The notes below the pieces were generated by a model. The model did not search any database. It saw only the letters and a list, made by a program, of their open reading frames with translations, and was not told the origin of the DNA. Below, piece after piece: positions 23,379 through 36,966 of a stretch of DNA of 64,000 nucleotides; positions within the stretch are counted from its first letter, which is position 1, and each line of letters begins with the position of its first letter. Location of the stretch: contig NW_024704742.1 of NCBI RefSeq assembly GCF_018977255.1, positions 71,488,001 through 71,552,000 of the forward strand. The letters are read 5' to 3'. Source of the stretch: Callorhinchus milii. Its lineage: Eukaryota. A program made the position numbers and the translations under genes.

Positions 23379-25492
23379 CAATTATTATTATTATTATCTA
23401 ATTATTATTATTATTATTACTATTACTATTACCTAGCAGTAAATTAGAACCTGTTTGTTAGTTGATTGTCAGATTGCTTTTCTGAGGCTAATAGTCCCTT
23501 AAAAAAAATTAAGGTCACTCAATCCACGACTGTTTGTAGGTCACTGCTACGCACAACATATACAGGCAATTCACTTTGCAGTATATTCTGTGAAGTGCTT
23601 TGAGATATCTTGAAGAAGTGATATGGCGCCATATGAAATGCAAGGAATGTTATTATTTTATTAAGTCTTTTAATGTCTTCCTCATGTTATTTAAGGAATG
23701 TTTAATAGCCACAAGAAAGTGGGGCTATCCCCTCTCCAACTCGGCCACTGCCTTTGCCTTAAAATCAAGGCAAGAAATTTAAGCATAAATTTTAGTTGCT
23801 GGGAGAGAATTCCCTGTTCATCAGCCAATCAACGCTCCGAAACATTACCATGCGTGATAAGCTATATATAGTAAATTTCTGATAACTCGACCCTGGCTTA
23901 ACTTGTCACTGCCACTTAAATCATCATGCTGTCAATGTGCCGGCCCCAGTTATTTATATAGTTATACACACACCTAATTCGCTGCTCCAGATAACTCATC
24001 AATGAGCCCTTTTCCCTCAGAGCGATGAGGCGTTTACTGTAAATTCATGTATATGTATGTAAATACTGTAAATGTAAATGATTACCCCAGCCCTTGCCAA
24101 ACTCCACTGGCTCCCAGAGCAGATTGATTTCAAGATCCTCACTCTAGTGCTTAAATCCCTCCATTCCTTGGCACACTCCTACCTCTCCAACCTCCTCTCT
24201 CCCCACAGCATAACCCGCTGCCTCTGCTCTACTGGGTCTGGGCTCCTCCGTATCACCCGAGGTCTCCGCTCCACCATCGTCGGCCGTGCCTTCAGTCCAC
24301 TATACCCCGAAACTTTGGAACTCCCTCCCTCAAACCCTTCGCCTCACCCCCTCCTTCCCCATCTTCAGGTCGTGCCTGAAGACCTTCCTTTTTGACTGCA
24401 TCTACGATCACCTTCCCTCTCCCCCCAGGCTCGGCCTTGGGCTTCACCACTGTTAAGTGCTCTGAGACGCCGCCTGGTATGGAGGGCGCTACATAAGTGC
24501 AAGTTATTGTTGTTGCTGCTGTCAATTAAGCCCATGATGTCAATCTGGCTCAGTAGGTAGTGCTCTTGCCTCTGAGTCAGAAGGTTATACTCCTGCAGTC
24601 GGTGTGGCTGCTCTGTGACAGCCATTGCCGAGTGTCGCGGTGAGCCCGGACGAGGATGCCCAGGCTGGAGCAGAGAGAGGCTGTGGGAGGGTCCAGGAGG
24701 GATAGAAGACGGGGAGGATGGTAGGAGAGAAGGACTGACTAGGAGTAACAAAAGGTGGGGGCATTTTGGGAGGGGATGTTAGTAAATTGGTGGATTGCTC
24801 TTCTGGGGGTAATAATCTCTTCAACAAAAAAAATTATAATAATAATTTGGTCAGTTCTATCCACAATTGTTTGTGGGACACTGCTGTGCACAATTGGCTG
24901 GTGAGTTTCGTCCACAAATATACAATAAATTCATTTAACAGTATATTCTGTGAAGCGATTGGAGATGTCTTGAAGGCGCAATATCACAGGCAAGAATTAT
25001 TATTATTATTATTATTATTAGGTGCTGTCCTTCGGATGATGATGTTAAACTGAGGTCCGTCTGCCTGTTCAGGTGGATGTTAAAGATGCCGTGGCACTAT
25101 TCAAAAAGAGAAGGGATTTTCTCTCTCCTGGTGTCCTAACCGACAATCCCCTAAATAAAATAAAATAATCCCCCAAAGTCAAACTCTGTTTGGGGGCAAT
25201 TGCTGTGCACAAATTAGCTGTCACATTCACCTACAAAATACACGGTCAATGCATTTTACAATGAATCCTGTGAAGCGCTTTGAGACATCCTGCCCAATGC
25301 AAAAATAGCTGTATGGAATGTAAGAATATTATTATTGTGTTGTTTATTGTGAGACCATGAAAGACAGACCAGCTTTGTTTTGCTGTCCCCCCCATCTGCT
25401 TTCCATGCACTGATTGTCTTACTTAGCCTCAGGTCAAAGTCAAACCATTTCTCTTGGGCGAATTGGGATCACAAGTGGATCACAGGACACCA

Positions 25493-26300
25493 ACAACTTG
25501 ACAACAATTTGCATTTATACAGCACCCTTCACACAAGGCTGTGTCTCGGAGTGCCTTAACAGTGGCAGAGCCTGATGCCGAGCCGGGGGGAAAGAAGGAG
25601 GTGATCTTAAGCGTGGCCGAAGAGGAAGGTCTTCAGTCATGATCTGAAAATGGGGAATGAGGGGGCAAGCTGAAGGGATTGAGGGAAAGAGTTCCAGAAT
25701 TTCGGGGTGTATTGGGTGAACATCCGCCGAAGGTGGAGCGGAGGGTTTGAGGGCCAAGCAGGCCATAGTGGGTTAGGGAATAATCAGGTCGGAGAGGTAG
25801 GGAGGAGCCAGTGCGTAAAGGGATTTATAGACCAGTGTGAGGATCTTGAAGTTGATCCATTCTGTGATAGGAAGCCAGTGCAGCCTGGTGAGGACTGGTG
25901 TGATGGGGGTACGGAGTTTAGTGTGGATAAGTACACGGGTGACAGAGTTTTGGTGCAGTTGGGTTTTGCGGAGAGTGGAACTGGGGAGACTGGCGAGGAG
26001 TGCATTTGAATAGTTGAGCTAGGAGGTAACAAAGGCATGGAAGAGGGATTCGGCTGCGTCTTGGGAAAGGTATGGTTGGAGTCAAGCAATGTGATGGAGG
26101 GAAAGAAAGTGGGGTTGGTCAGGAACCAGATGTGGGGGAGGAAGGACAACTGGAGATTGAACCTGACACCTCGGTTACACACAGGATCAGTAAGTCTTAG
26201 GGACAGGCCAGGGAGATTGAGGAGGTCAGAGCTGCAGGAGAAAAGACAATGATGGGAGCCAAGGAATATGGCTTCCATCTTGTCCTCGATCAGCTGCGGA
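25493..26300 (-). mobile_element. L2 LINE 3' fragment
   Basis: Homologous to the other L2 3' ends; (CAA)n tail. Confidence 0.85.
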
Positions 26301-27199
26301 TAACTTTCTTAATATAATAATAATAATCCTTGCATTTGATATAGCGCCTTATTATGTCTTCGAGATGTCTCTAAGTGCTTCACAGAGTATACTGCAAAGT
26401 GAATTGACTGTATATTTTGTGGGCAAAACGTGGAAGCCAATTGCACACAGCAATGTCTTACAAACAGTCATGGTTTGAGTGACCAATTTGTAATTTTTAT
26501 TATATATTTTTAGAAGGAATTATCTCTGGAAAAACAATCAGCCAATCGATTAACAACTGGATTCCTACTTACTGCTAAGTAAACAGTGTGGAGTAAGGAG
26601 ACTTGCCCAACATTTCACCCTGCCTGGGAATTGAACCCAGGTCTTGCTTGCGAGGTGAGTGCTCTAACCACTGAGCTACAGGACTCCACAAGTTCTGTAC
26701 TTAAGAGGGTAGAGAATACAACATGTATGACAGTGGCTGGAAAAAGTCAAACCCATTCCTGGGACCTGGGCAGAAATATGGGAGAAGAAAAACAGAATAA
26801 AAAACACAGAAGTGATTCAGAGAGAAGCAAACCCAGTTCTACATAAGAGGTGACAATTGGTAAAAAGTTATTAAACCTTATGTTCTGTATTATTTGCAAA
26901 CCACTCTACTCGTAATTGGACAATTGCTCTGCCCCACTCGTTTCACTGTTCCGCGATTTCCATGTGTGTCAGATACCCGGCTGATCACAGTGATAGGTTT
27001 CCGTGTGTTTCAGACACCCGACTGATCACAGTGATAGGTTTCCGTGTGTTTCAGGAATCTGGCTGACCAAAAAAAACATTTGTCATCTTAGATTATTTGG
27101 TAGGGTCTCTGAAACAGAGAGTTGTGGGTTCAAGCTGCACCATGGGGATTTTTTTGCTAACTGTCCAGGTTGACACTGGAGGATGGCTCAAAGCACGTT

Positions 27200-27577
27200 G
27201 CAGGATTTGCTGTAAAATGTAGTGACTGTGTATTATGTGGGTGAACACAGCAGCCAATTTGCACACAGCAACAATTCACAACAGCCATGGATTGCGTGAC
27301 CAATTTTATCTGGGGGGGTTGTTGGCGAGTACACCAGGAGAGAGAAACTTCCTTCTCTTTTGCAATAGTGTGATGGGGTCTTTGACGTCCACCTCAAAAG
27401 GCACAGACAGGGAGCTCGGTTTAATGTCTCATCCGAAGAATAGCCCATCCGACAATGTGCACTCCCCCAGTACTGCACTGGTGCATCAGCCTAGATTGTG
27501 AGCTCAAAGTCGTGATGTGGGGCTTGAACCCACAACCTTCTGACTCAGAGGTGAGTGTGAGAGACTGAGCCAGGCTT
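27200..27577 (-). mobile_element. Deu-domain SINE (SacSINE1-like)
   Basis: Reverse complement shows the CTCTGAGTCAGAAGGTTGTGGGTTCAAG head and the TTCGGATGAGACATTAAACCGAG Deu motif. Confidence 0.8.
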
Positions 27578-28741
27578 AAAAAACAGATCCCCCACCATCC
27601 CCATGACTGCAATTAAGGCTAATTCAATTGAATTTTCCACTCTCTTAGGGTTAACTCTCTGGAGTCACTGCCCAGCTCTAAATAAATGGGCAGCTTGTCC
27701 AACCAATTTTAAATTTGATTTGGTTTGCTGCATAAGTGGCTGTCTCTCAGCTGCAGAACCGCACCCTACCTCAGCACAACATATCCTTGTTCACACATAA
27801 TTAATAGTGAATTAATAATAAGAATCATCCTCGCATTTGATATAGACCTTATCACACTGTTGAGATGTTGCTTCACTTGATGGCTGTTTTGGGGACACTG
27901 CTGTGCACAATTTGGCTGGAGCGCATGCCCACAAATACAAAGTCAGTATACTTTACAGTAAATCCTGTGACTTGCTTTGAGACATCCTCCCGAGGTGGAA
28001 GGCGCTGTATCAAATGCAAGGATTATTAATAATAATAAGCTAAGTGCTTTGAGACAGTTTGGCAGTGGGAGGAGGTATTATTGCTGGGGTTGACTGGCAA
28101 ACAGAGAGCTGAAAGCCTATAAAGACTGCAGGAGATATCCATGTATCCCCTCTGTTTGGGGTCACATGAGGCTGAGGTTTTGCTGTGACTGCATTAGCGC
28201 AAATTAGCCTGGAGGAGAGACTAAGACCAAGGCTGGCAGTGTGTCTGGGCAGAGGTACAGAGAGATACAGAGAGAGGAGGGAGAGAGAGAAAAAAAAAGC
28301 ACAGGGGAAAGAAAATGACAGGGAGAAAAAGAAAAGCAGGAAGGAGAGGATATTGAAAAGAGAGTGGGAAAGAGAGCGAGAGGAAGAGTTAGAAAGACAG
28401 TGGAAAGAAAGAGAGAGAGAGAGTTAGAGGGAGTGTGGAAACAGAGAATACGAGAGTTACATAGAGAAGGGAGGGAAGGCAGAGAGAATTAGAGAGAGAG
28501 AGAGAGAGAGGGGTGGGGAAGAGAGAGAGAGAGAGAGAGAGAATGAATCAGAGTTAGGGAAAGAGGGGGTGGAAAGCGAGAGAGAAAGGGAGAATCAGAG
28601 AATTGGATAGAGAGAGGAGGAAGAGAGGGATAATTAGAGAAGGAGGGAAGGAGTTAGAGAGAAGGGGAGGGGGAAAGAGAGAGAGAGAGAGAGAGAGTCA
28701 GAGAGATTGCTGAAGAGCACCAGTCAGGCAGAGGGTATAAG

Positions 28742-28829
28742 ATGCTGCGTGTGTTTGTGATCCGGGCGGACACCATCCAGACCCCTGACCAGGACATCAC
28801 CGACGCTTACTGTGCGGTAACTTTCCAAG
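28742..28829 (+). CDS. DYSF: Dysferlin coding exon 1a (canonical C2A N-terminus)
   Basis: Translates MLRVFVIRADTIQTPDQDITDAYCAVTFQ(G), resembling human DYSF [30 protein letters not shown]. 88 coding nt, donor CAAG|GTAGGT, phase 1. Confidence 0.95.
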
Positions 28830-28833
28830 GTAG

Positions 28834-28867
<34 letters not shown>

Positions 28868-29659
28868 GTGTCTGTCGATCTCTCTCCCCTACACACCTCC
28901 TCCCAGCCCCAGGGGTCTCTCCCCCAGACAGGCAGCCAGGCAGGTCCCTCTAACCCCGCCTGGGTACAGCCTGGTACACAGAGCAACATCACTGTCCATC
29001 CCATCCCATCCCATCCCCGTAGCTGCGTCTGAGCTGTGGGGATGGAGATGGACCGCGGGCAGAGATACAGAGAGATGGAGAGAGAGAGAGGGAGAGGGAG
29101 AGAGAGAGGAACACATGGGAAAGAAGATGATGGAGAAAGAGAAAAGCAGGAAGGAGAGGAAACTGAGAGAGAGAGAGAGAGAGTGTGTGGAAGAAAAGAG
29201 AGAGAAAATCGCAGTTCGATAGATAGAAGGGAAGAGAGAGTCCGAGTTAAAGAGAGAGTCCGAGTTAAAGAGAGAGGATGGATCTGTGTGGAGCCTGTTA
29301 CAGGCAGCAATGGTTGAGCTGTGCCTGGCTATGGCCAGCTATTTCGGATTGCTTTGCTGGTTAAATATAGGGCTGGTGCCGGGCCAGGCGGGGCCAGGCA
29401 TCACATTACCCCGGACAGCTGAGGGAACTCACACACACATGTTCTCGCTTCAGATACTCTATATGTACATACACTGTGTGTGTGTGTATGTCTGTGTGTG
29501 TGTGTGTGTGTGTGTGTGGGGGTTACCTGTCTGACTCTCGCTGCCTTATCAGATTGTCGATGTCTCTCGCTAACTGTCTTGTGTGTTTGTCTGTGTCTCT
29601 GTCAGTCCGTCAGTCTGTGTATCTCTCTCTACTCTCTCTGCATTTCCCTCTCTGTCTAC

Positions 29660-29697
<38 letters not shown>

Positions 29698-30404
29698 TTC
29701 CCTCTCCGTCTACCAGTCTCTCTCTCTCTCTGCATTTCCCTCTCTGCTTACCAATCTGTGTGTCTGTGTGTGTGTCTCTCTCTCTCTATCTAAAAGATTG
29801 ACAGACAGACAGACAGACAGAGTGACAGAGACTGACACACAGACAAACAGCCAGAGACACAGTCTGTGTGTATGTCTCTCTATATCTATCCATCTCTCCA
29901 TGTCTGTCTGGGTCAGGCAGATAGCTAGAGACACAGTCTCTGTTTGTCTTTTGGTGTGTCTGTCTCTCTCTCTCTGTGTCTGTCTGTCTGTCTGTCTCTC
30001 TGTGCTTCTCTGTCTAGTCTGTCTCTCTGTATCTGCCTGTCTCTCTGAGAGTCTGCAGCACTGAGGCTGGGCCAGTGACCTGCAGATGCCTCTAATCCCT
30101 GTAGCATTGCAGAGAAAGTGTAATGTCATCACATTCAGAAGAGAGACCAGGAACACCACACCCTGTGTCCAGTCATCTGTCAAACATCACTTCAACACTG
30201 GGAATGCAGCGATCGCTTGAGCGATGTCACTGAAAGGGTTAAGTGGGAGCCTGCACTCTACACAGTCATTACAACTTGGAATGATTTATCAAAAATAAAG
30301 GCCTCAACAGTTAAGGGGGAAATGAAGCATTTAAGCGGGAAATATATTAAATAATAAAGCGATCAAGATATTTATTACCACTGCACCCAATTCCAATGGA
30401 CCCC

Positions 30405-30985
30405 AATTTTTTGGGTGTCTGACACACATGGAAATCCATCACCATGCTTAAGAGTATCCAAACCAAACTGAGAACTCCATGCATCCCACCCAAACACGGA
30501 AATCCCAGAGATCGATTGTTGGAATGGACGCGCATCCTGCTTACCCAATTCTGGGAAGTATAAGACGCAGGTTGGTAAGAGCCAAGGCTTCGGGACCCCA
30601 GAGTGTGCGTTGGTGCAATTGCTGGAGTCTAACCAGCTAAAACCGCATAGCTTGCCAGTATATTCTGTGAAGCGCTTTCAGACATCTCAATGAAATATCG
30701 CCTGAATAATTATATTATTAATTATTATCAATAGCTTGCCATTGATATTGCTGCCTGGCAAGTTTTCCCACTGCTTGTCCAGCTAGGACCATCCTACCTG
30801 TTTGGGCTTTGGTTTGCAGGGTTAACAGGAGCTGATTGAGAAGATCCCTATCCCCAATGACTGGTCTGCCCTTCTTGGTCTTGTCTATGAGCCAGGCTGG
30901 ACTGTGCTGTTATCAGTAGTGCCCTGGAATACTATGGACCTGCCTGGCTCAGGAACCGGATGAGGAACCATCACAGAGGGCTGGC
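30405..30985 (+). mobile_element. Unclassified old interspersed repeat (other copies at ~380-760, 35040-35400, 40850-41000, 41985-42275)
   Basis: Shared blocks TAACCAGCTAAAACC, TGCAGGGTTAACAGGAGCTGA and GATGAGCCAGGCTGG. Confidence 0.7.
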
Positions 30986-32374
30986 TTGATTCTGACACTT
31001 CATTGCCCAATTTACCTCCCCCCAGACAAGGTTAGCATGTGTGTCAACCTAAATCAGGCAGCTCTGAGTCAGAAGGTTTTGGGTTCAAGCCCCTTGTCCG
31101 GACTTAGAACTCATTTAATTTATGCTGATGCTCCAGTGCAGTGCTGCATTGTTGGAGGTGTTGTCCCTTGGACGTGAGGGTAAACAGATTTCCATATGTG
31201 TCCTGTTCAGGTGGACTTTAAAGATTCTGTGCCACTAATCGAAAAGAGAAAGGAGTTTCTCCCACTGTCCTGGCTACCAATCACCAGATTAATTTTATGG
31301 CTGTTTTGGGGATGTTCCTGTACCCATATTGGCTGCTGAGTTCATCCACAAAACACACAGTCAACAACAACTTGCGCTTATGTAGCACCCCTCATGCAGA
31401 GTAGCATCCCAGAGCGTTTGACAATGGCGTAGTACAACGCCGAGCCAGGGGGAGGAGGGAGGTGACTAAGCATGGTTGAAGAGGAAGGTCTTCAGGCGCA
31501 ACCCAAAGATAGGGAAGGAGGGGACAAGGCGGAGGAATAAAGGAAAAGTGTTCCAAATTTTCGGGTTGTAATGGCTGAAAGCGCGACACTTTACAGTATA
31601 TTCTTTGATGTGAAAGGTGTTATAGCAAATACTAAAAGAAGCAAGAATTATCACTATACAAATTGTTGAATATTGAATTTTGTAATCAAAGATGTTGAGA
31701 AATTTAGTGACCACTGGACACGATGGGGAGAGAGACTGTGATTAGAGTAGAGAGCTCCAGTGGGGGAGCGAGCACCAGCAGAGACATGATGGGAAGAGAG
31801 CAGGGAATGGGATTAAAATAGGGAGCTCCAGTGGGAAAGTGAGCACCAGCACAGAATCAATGGGAGGAAATAGTTAAATAATCCTTACATTTGATGCAGA
31901 ATTTTTCACTTTAGGAGGAATTCGCAAAGCTGTTCACAAGATATACCGTAAAATGCAGTAACTGTGTATTTTGTGAGCAAACAAGACAGTCAATTTGTGC
32001 ACAGCGATGTCCCATAAACAGCTGTGAAGCAAATGACAAATTTAACAGGGGGATTGTTGGCCAGGATACTGGGAGAGAAAAACTCCCTTCTCTTTTTGAA
32101 TCATAGAATTATACAGCACAGAAAGAGGCCATTCGGCCCATTGTGTCTATACCGGCTCTTTGAAAACAGCTATCCAATTCAATCCCACTCCCCTGCGCTC
32201 TCCCCATAGCCCTGAAAACTTGTCTTCCCCAAATAATTATCTACTTCTCTCTTAAAAGTTGTTATCGAATTGGCTTCCAATACCCTCTCAGGCAATGCAT
32301 TCCAGATCCGAACAACTCACTGTGTGAAATGATTTCTCCTCACCTCCCCTCTTGTTTCTTTTTACAACTGTCTT

Positions 32375-33865
32375 ATCACTACAAAAGAGTGATAAGACAG
32401 GCTAAAAGATCGCATGAGAAGAGGTTAGCGGGTAACAGAAAGGGGAATCCTAAAATATTTTACAAGCACATAAAGGAAAAAAGATTAGTTAAAGGTAGAG
32501 TGGGGCCAATCAAAGACAATAATGGCAATCTTGTTGTGGAGGCAGAGGGCATAGCTGATGTACTGAACGAGTACATTGCATCTGTCTTCACAACGGAAAA
32601 TTTGTTAAAGGCAAATCTTGCCTAACAAATCTAATAGAATTTTTTGAAGAGGTGACTGCGAGGGTTGATGAGGGAAATGGATTTCAAAAAGGCTTTTGAC
32701 ACAGTACCACATAAGAGATTAATAAAAAAATTAGAGGCCCACGGTATTAAGGGGACAGTGGCAGTTTCGATTAAGAACTGGCTGAGTGACAGAAAGCAGA
32801 GGGTGGTGGTTAATGGGTGTTTCTCGAAATGGAAGGAGGTGTGCAGCGGTGTTCCCCAGAGATCGGTATTGGGACCACTGCTCTTTCTAATATATATTAA
32901 TGATCTGGACTTGGGCATAGAGAGCACTATTTCCAAGTTTGCAGATGATACAAAGTTAGGTAGGGTAGTAAATAGTGAAGAGGACTGTAACCAACTGCAA
33001 GCAGACATACACAGAATGGTGGAATGGGCTGACATGTGGCAGATGGATTTCAATGTGGATAAGTGTGAGGTGATACACTTAGGTAGGAAAAATGATAGGA
33101 GGCAATATAGACTTGGTAGCTCAATCTTAAGGGGGGTGAACGTACAGAGAGATCTGGGTGTTCAAGTAAGCGAATCATTAAAGGTAGCGGGGCAGGTAGA
33201 TAAGGCAGTAAAAAAGGCATTTGGTGTACTGAGCTTTATTAGTAGGGGCATAGAGTATAAGAGTAGGGAGGTTATGGTTAATCTATACAAAACACTGGTT
33301 AGGCCTCAGCTGGAGTACTGCGTCCAGTTCTGGGCACCTTACTTCAGGAAGGACATTAAGGCACTGGAAAGGGTGCAGAGGAGATTCACGAGAATGATAC
33401 CAGGAATGGGGAACCTTAGCTATGAGGACAGGCTGGAAAAGTTAGGACTTTTCCCATTAGAGCAGAGAAGGTTACGCGGGGACCTGATAGAGGTCTTCAA
33501 GATCATGAAAGGTTTCGACAGGCTAGATAAGGAAAAGCTGTTTCCGCTGGTAGGTGTGTCTGTGACCCGTGGTCACAGTCTTAAGATATCTACCAAAAGA
33601 AGCAGAGGGGAGGTTAGAAGAATTTTTTCACTCAGCGAGTTGTTGAATTTGGAATGATCTGCCTGAAAGGGGAGTGAAGTCCGATTCGATAACAGCTTTT
33701 AAGAGAGAACTGGATAGGCATCTGGGGAAGATGGGTTTACAGGGTTATGGGGAGAAAGCTGGTGATTGGGGTTAGTGAAAGTGACTTGCTCTGTTAAAGA
33801 GCCGGCACAGACTCGATGGACCGAATGGCCTCCTTCTGTGCCGTAAGATTCTATGAATCTATGAA
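32375..33865 (+). mobile_element. CR1 LINE ORF2 3' part (RT), internally deleted
   Basis: 330-aa ORF: DFKKAFDTVPH, SGVPQ.SVLGP, SKFADDTK, RPQLEYCVQFW. Tail GATTCTATGAATCTATGA. Confidence 0.95.
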
Positions 33866-33869
33866 ACAA

Positions 33870-34830
33870 CTATTTTAAATCGGTGCCCTCGGATTACCAA
33901 CCCACTCACCAGTGGAAATAGTTTCTCCTTGTTCTCTCTATCGAATCCCCTCATAATTTTGAAAACTTCTATTAAGTCTCCTCTTAAATTTCTCTGCTCC
34001 AAGGAGAATAATCCCAGCTTCTCTCGCCTCTCCTGTTAACTGAAGTCCCTCATTCCTGGTACCATCCTGGTAAATCTCCTTTGCACCCTCTACAATGCCT
34101 TCCTAACGTGTGGTGCCCAGAACTGAACACAGTACTCTTAGCTAAGACCTAACCGGTGTTTTATAAAGTTTCATCATAACTTCCTGACTTTTGTATTCTT
34201 TGCCCCTATTTATAAAGCCTAGTATCCCATATGTTTTTTTAACAGCTTTATCTACCTCTCCTGCCACCTTCAAAGATTTACTGATATGAACCCCCAAGTC
34301 TCTCTGTTCCTTCACCCCCTTTAAGATTGTACCATCATCTTATATTGCCTCTCCTCATTCTTCCTCTCAAAATGCATCACTTTGCATTTCTCCACATTAA
34401 ACTTCATCTGCCACGTATCTGCCCATTTTACCAGTCTGTCTCTGTCCATTTGCAGTTTGCTACTATCCTCCTCACTGTTTGCTACTTCTCCTAGCTTAGT
34501 ATCATCTGCAAACTTGGGAATTGTACTCCCTACACCCAAGTTAAGGTTATTTATATAGATCAAAAACAGCAGTGGTCCCAATACTGACCCCATGGGGATA
34601 TCACTGAACACATCCTCCAGTCAGAAAAGCAACCGTTCACCACTACCCTCTGCTTTCTGTCTCCCATCCAGTTCTGTATCTATGCTGCCTCTGTCTCTTT
34701 AATGCCATGGGCTTCTATTTTGCTTACAAGTCTCTTATGTAGCGCTTTATCAAATGCCTTTTGAAAATCCATATAAACTACATCAACTGCACTACCTTCA
34801 TCCACCCTCTCCATTACTTCATCAAAAAAA
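33870..34830 (-). mobile_element. CR1 LINE RT fragment
   Basis: VDVVYMDFQKAFDK, GSVLGPLLFLIYIN, KFADDTK. Confidence 0.92.
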
Positions 34831-35886
34831 CGTGGTGCAGGATGTTTAACGTCCTCCTGAACATGGCACATGTGGGACATAAGTTTACCATCTCCCCCCA
34901 GCACTGCGCTAGAGTGTCAGCCTAGATGCTATGAGTTCAAATTCCCATTGAGAGGCTTGAATTCACTACTTTCTGACTCAGATGCGAGTGTGTTACTGAG
35001 ATCAGTTATTGGGGGCAGGGAATCCTCCCACTCAGCTGCTGTTAACCATGTAAGACAAAGCCCTAACTGGTAGGGTTGTCCTATTTGGACAAGCAGCAGG
35101 AAAGCTTGCCTGATAGGGACATCAATGACAAGCTATGTGGTTTTAGCTGGTTAGACGCATGCTCTGGGGTCCCCAAGCCTTGGTTCCTGCCAACCTGCTC
35201 CTAATACTCTCTGGAATTAGGTAAGCAGGATGTGTTCATCCAGGGAGAGAGCACATTACATTCCAACAATCTCTGGGATTTCCATGTGTAGGTGGGATGC
35301 ATGGAATTCTGTTTGGTTTGGACACGCTTATGCATGGTGATGGGTTTCTGCATGTGTCAGATACCCGGCTGACACCCAAAAAATGACTGAACCAAGCTGA
35401 CACACATATGGAGTGCTTGGTTATGTTCTCATTCTTATTGCAAATTAGATCAATTTCTGTTGGGAAATAATATCTTGGGATATAGTATATAATTTTGGAC
35501 TGACGTGATCATGCGACTATCAGGATGGTGGAGGGCGAACTGGATAAATCTTGGTCTTCTTTTGTCTAGCAATTAATAATAATAATAATCTTTGCATTTG
35601 ATATACCACCTTATCACATCTTCGAGATGCCTCAAAGCGCTTCACGGAATATACTGTGAAATGAATATTTTAAATGACTGTATATTTTGAGGGACAATCC
35701 TATAGATACGTTGGTCTTTCACCTCAAGACTAATTTTGGAACATTGTGGTGTGCAAAATAGCTGCTGCTACACTTTATAGCAGTTCCCCGTGAAACGCTT
35801 TGAGATGTTTTGTCATGATGAGGAAGTGATTGAAGTGGTCTCATTTTTCCACTACATTGGGAAATCTGTTAAGAAACAATGCTTTC

Positions 35887-35974
35887 TGTTGAGTGTTACA
35901 AGATGTTTTGTGGATGTTGAGTGTTACAAGATGTTTTGTGGATGTTGAGTGTTACAAGATGTTTTGTGGATGTT
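35887..35974. repeat. 28-nt tandem repeat x3
   Basis: TGTTGAGTGTTACAAGATGTTTTGTGGA repeated perfectly. Confidence 0.9.
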
Positions 35975-36872
35975 ATGTGGTGAAATGCGGCAGCTAATTG
36001 CACATAGCAGTATGAACAAACAGTTATGAATTGAGTTACCAAATTTTTTTTTACACTTACTTTTTGAAGAGATTATTACCCTTGGAAAGCGGTTCAGCAA
36101 TCAACTAACAACCAGGTTTCTACTTATTGCTAGGTAAACAGAGGTATGAGGAGTAAGTGCCTCTGTTTACCCAGCCATGTGGTTTACCTTTACCACATGT
36201 ATGCAGATGACACCCAAATCTATTTCTCCTCCAGATGTGACTTCCAGTCCACTGATGTCCTGTCAGCTTGTTTGACAGATATTAAAGTCTTAATGAATGC
36301 AAATTTCCTACAGCTGAATGTCAGCAATATGGAAGCCATACTCTTTGGCTCCCGTCAACGTCTTCTTTCCTGCTCCTACCTCTCACCTCCCTCTCCCCCC
36401 GGCTTGTTGTCAGACTCCGCCACTGTGAAGTGCTCCGGGATGCCACGTGAAGGGTGCTATATAAATACAAGTTGTTGTTGTAAAGAAACTTGCCTAAGTT
36501 TTAGCCCGCACAGAAATCGAACCTAGGTCCTCTCGCTTGCAAGATAAGTGCACTAACCACTAAACTGCAGGACTCCACATGTTCTTATATTGTTATACTC
36601 CTGTGCTGAAATGCGAAAGAAAGTGTTAAAACCAGCCTTGTTCTTGGGAGGAGCCTGGGAGGAGTGGAGTTTGGCTGTCGATGACATCCCTCAGGGGGGT
36701 GGGAGCCAGGCCACTTCCCTTCGGAAAAGGCTTTGTGTCTGTCTGGCTGGCCAGACAGAAAGACACTGGGCTCCAGTCTTGATCCACCTGGACACGGCTC
36801 ACATAGATGCCCCTTTGCTGAACACCACTGGGTATATTTTTGAGCTGAAAGGAATTTGGTTCGAGTTTAAAC

Positions 36873-36966
36873 ATGCTGAGATGCCTGCTGCGCTCTGCCA
36901 AAAACCTCCCCAACGTGGAGAAGGGTGACAGGCAGAGCGACCCCCTGGTCAGTCTGACCTTCCGAG
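36873..36966 (+). CDS. DYSF: Dysferlin alternative first coding exon 1b (DYSF_v1 / C2Av1)
   Basis: AAACATG start. Translates MLRCLLRSAKNLPNVEKGDRQSDPLVSLTFR(G), resembling human v1 MLCCLLVRASNLPSAKKDRRSDPVASLTFRG. 94 nt, consensus donor CGAG|GTAAGT, phase 1, same as exon 1a. Confidence 0.92.

Noticed and set aside
32665..33657. 330-aa RT ORF as a domesticated gene or active LINE
   Set aside because: Truncated and internally deleted CR1 with a 3' frameshift; no endonuclease or ORF1.
35887..35974. CRISPR-like 28-nt repeats
   Set aside because: No spacers; a simple tandem repeat in a eukaryotic intron.
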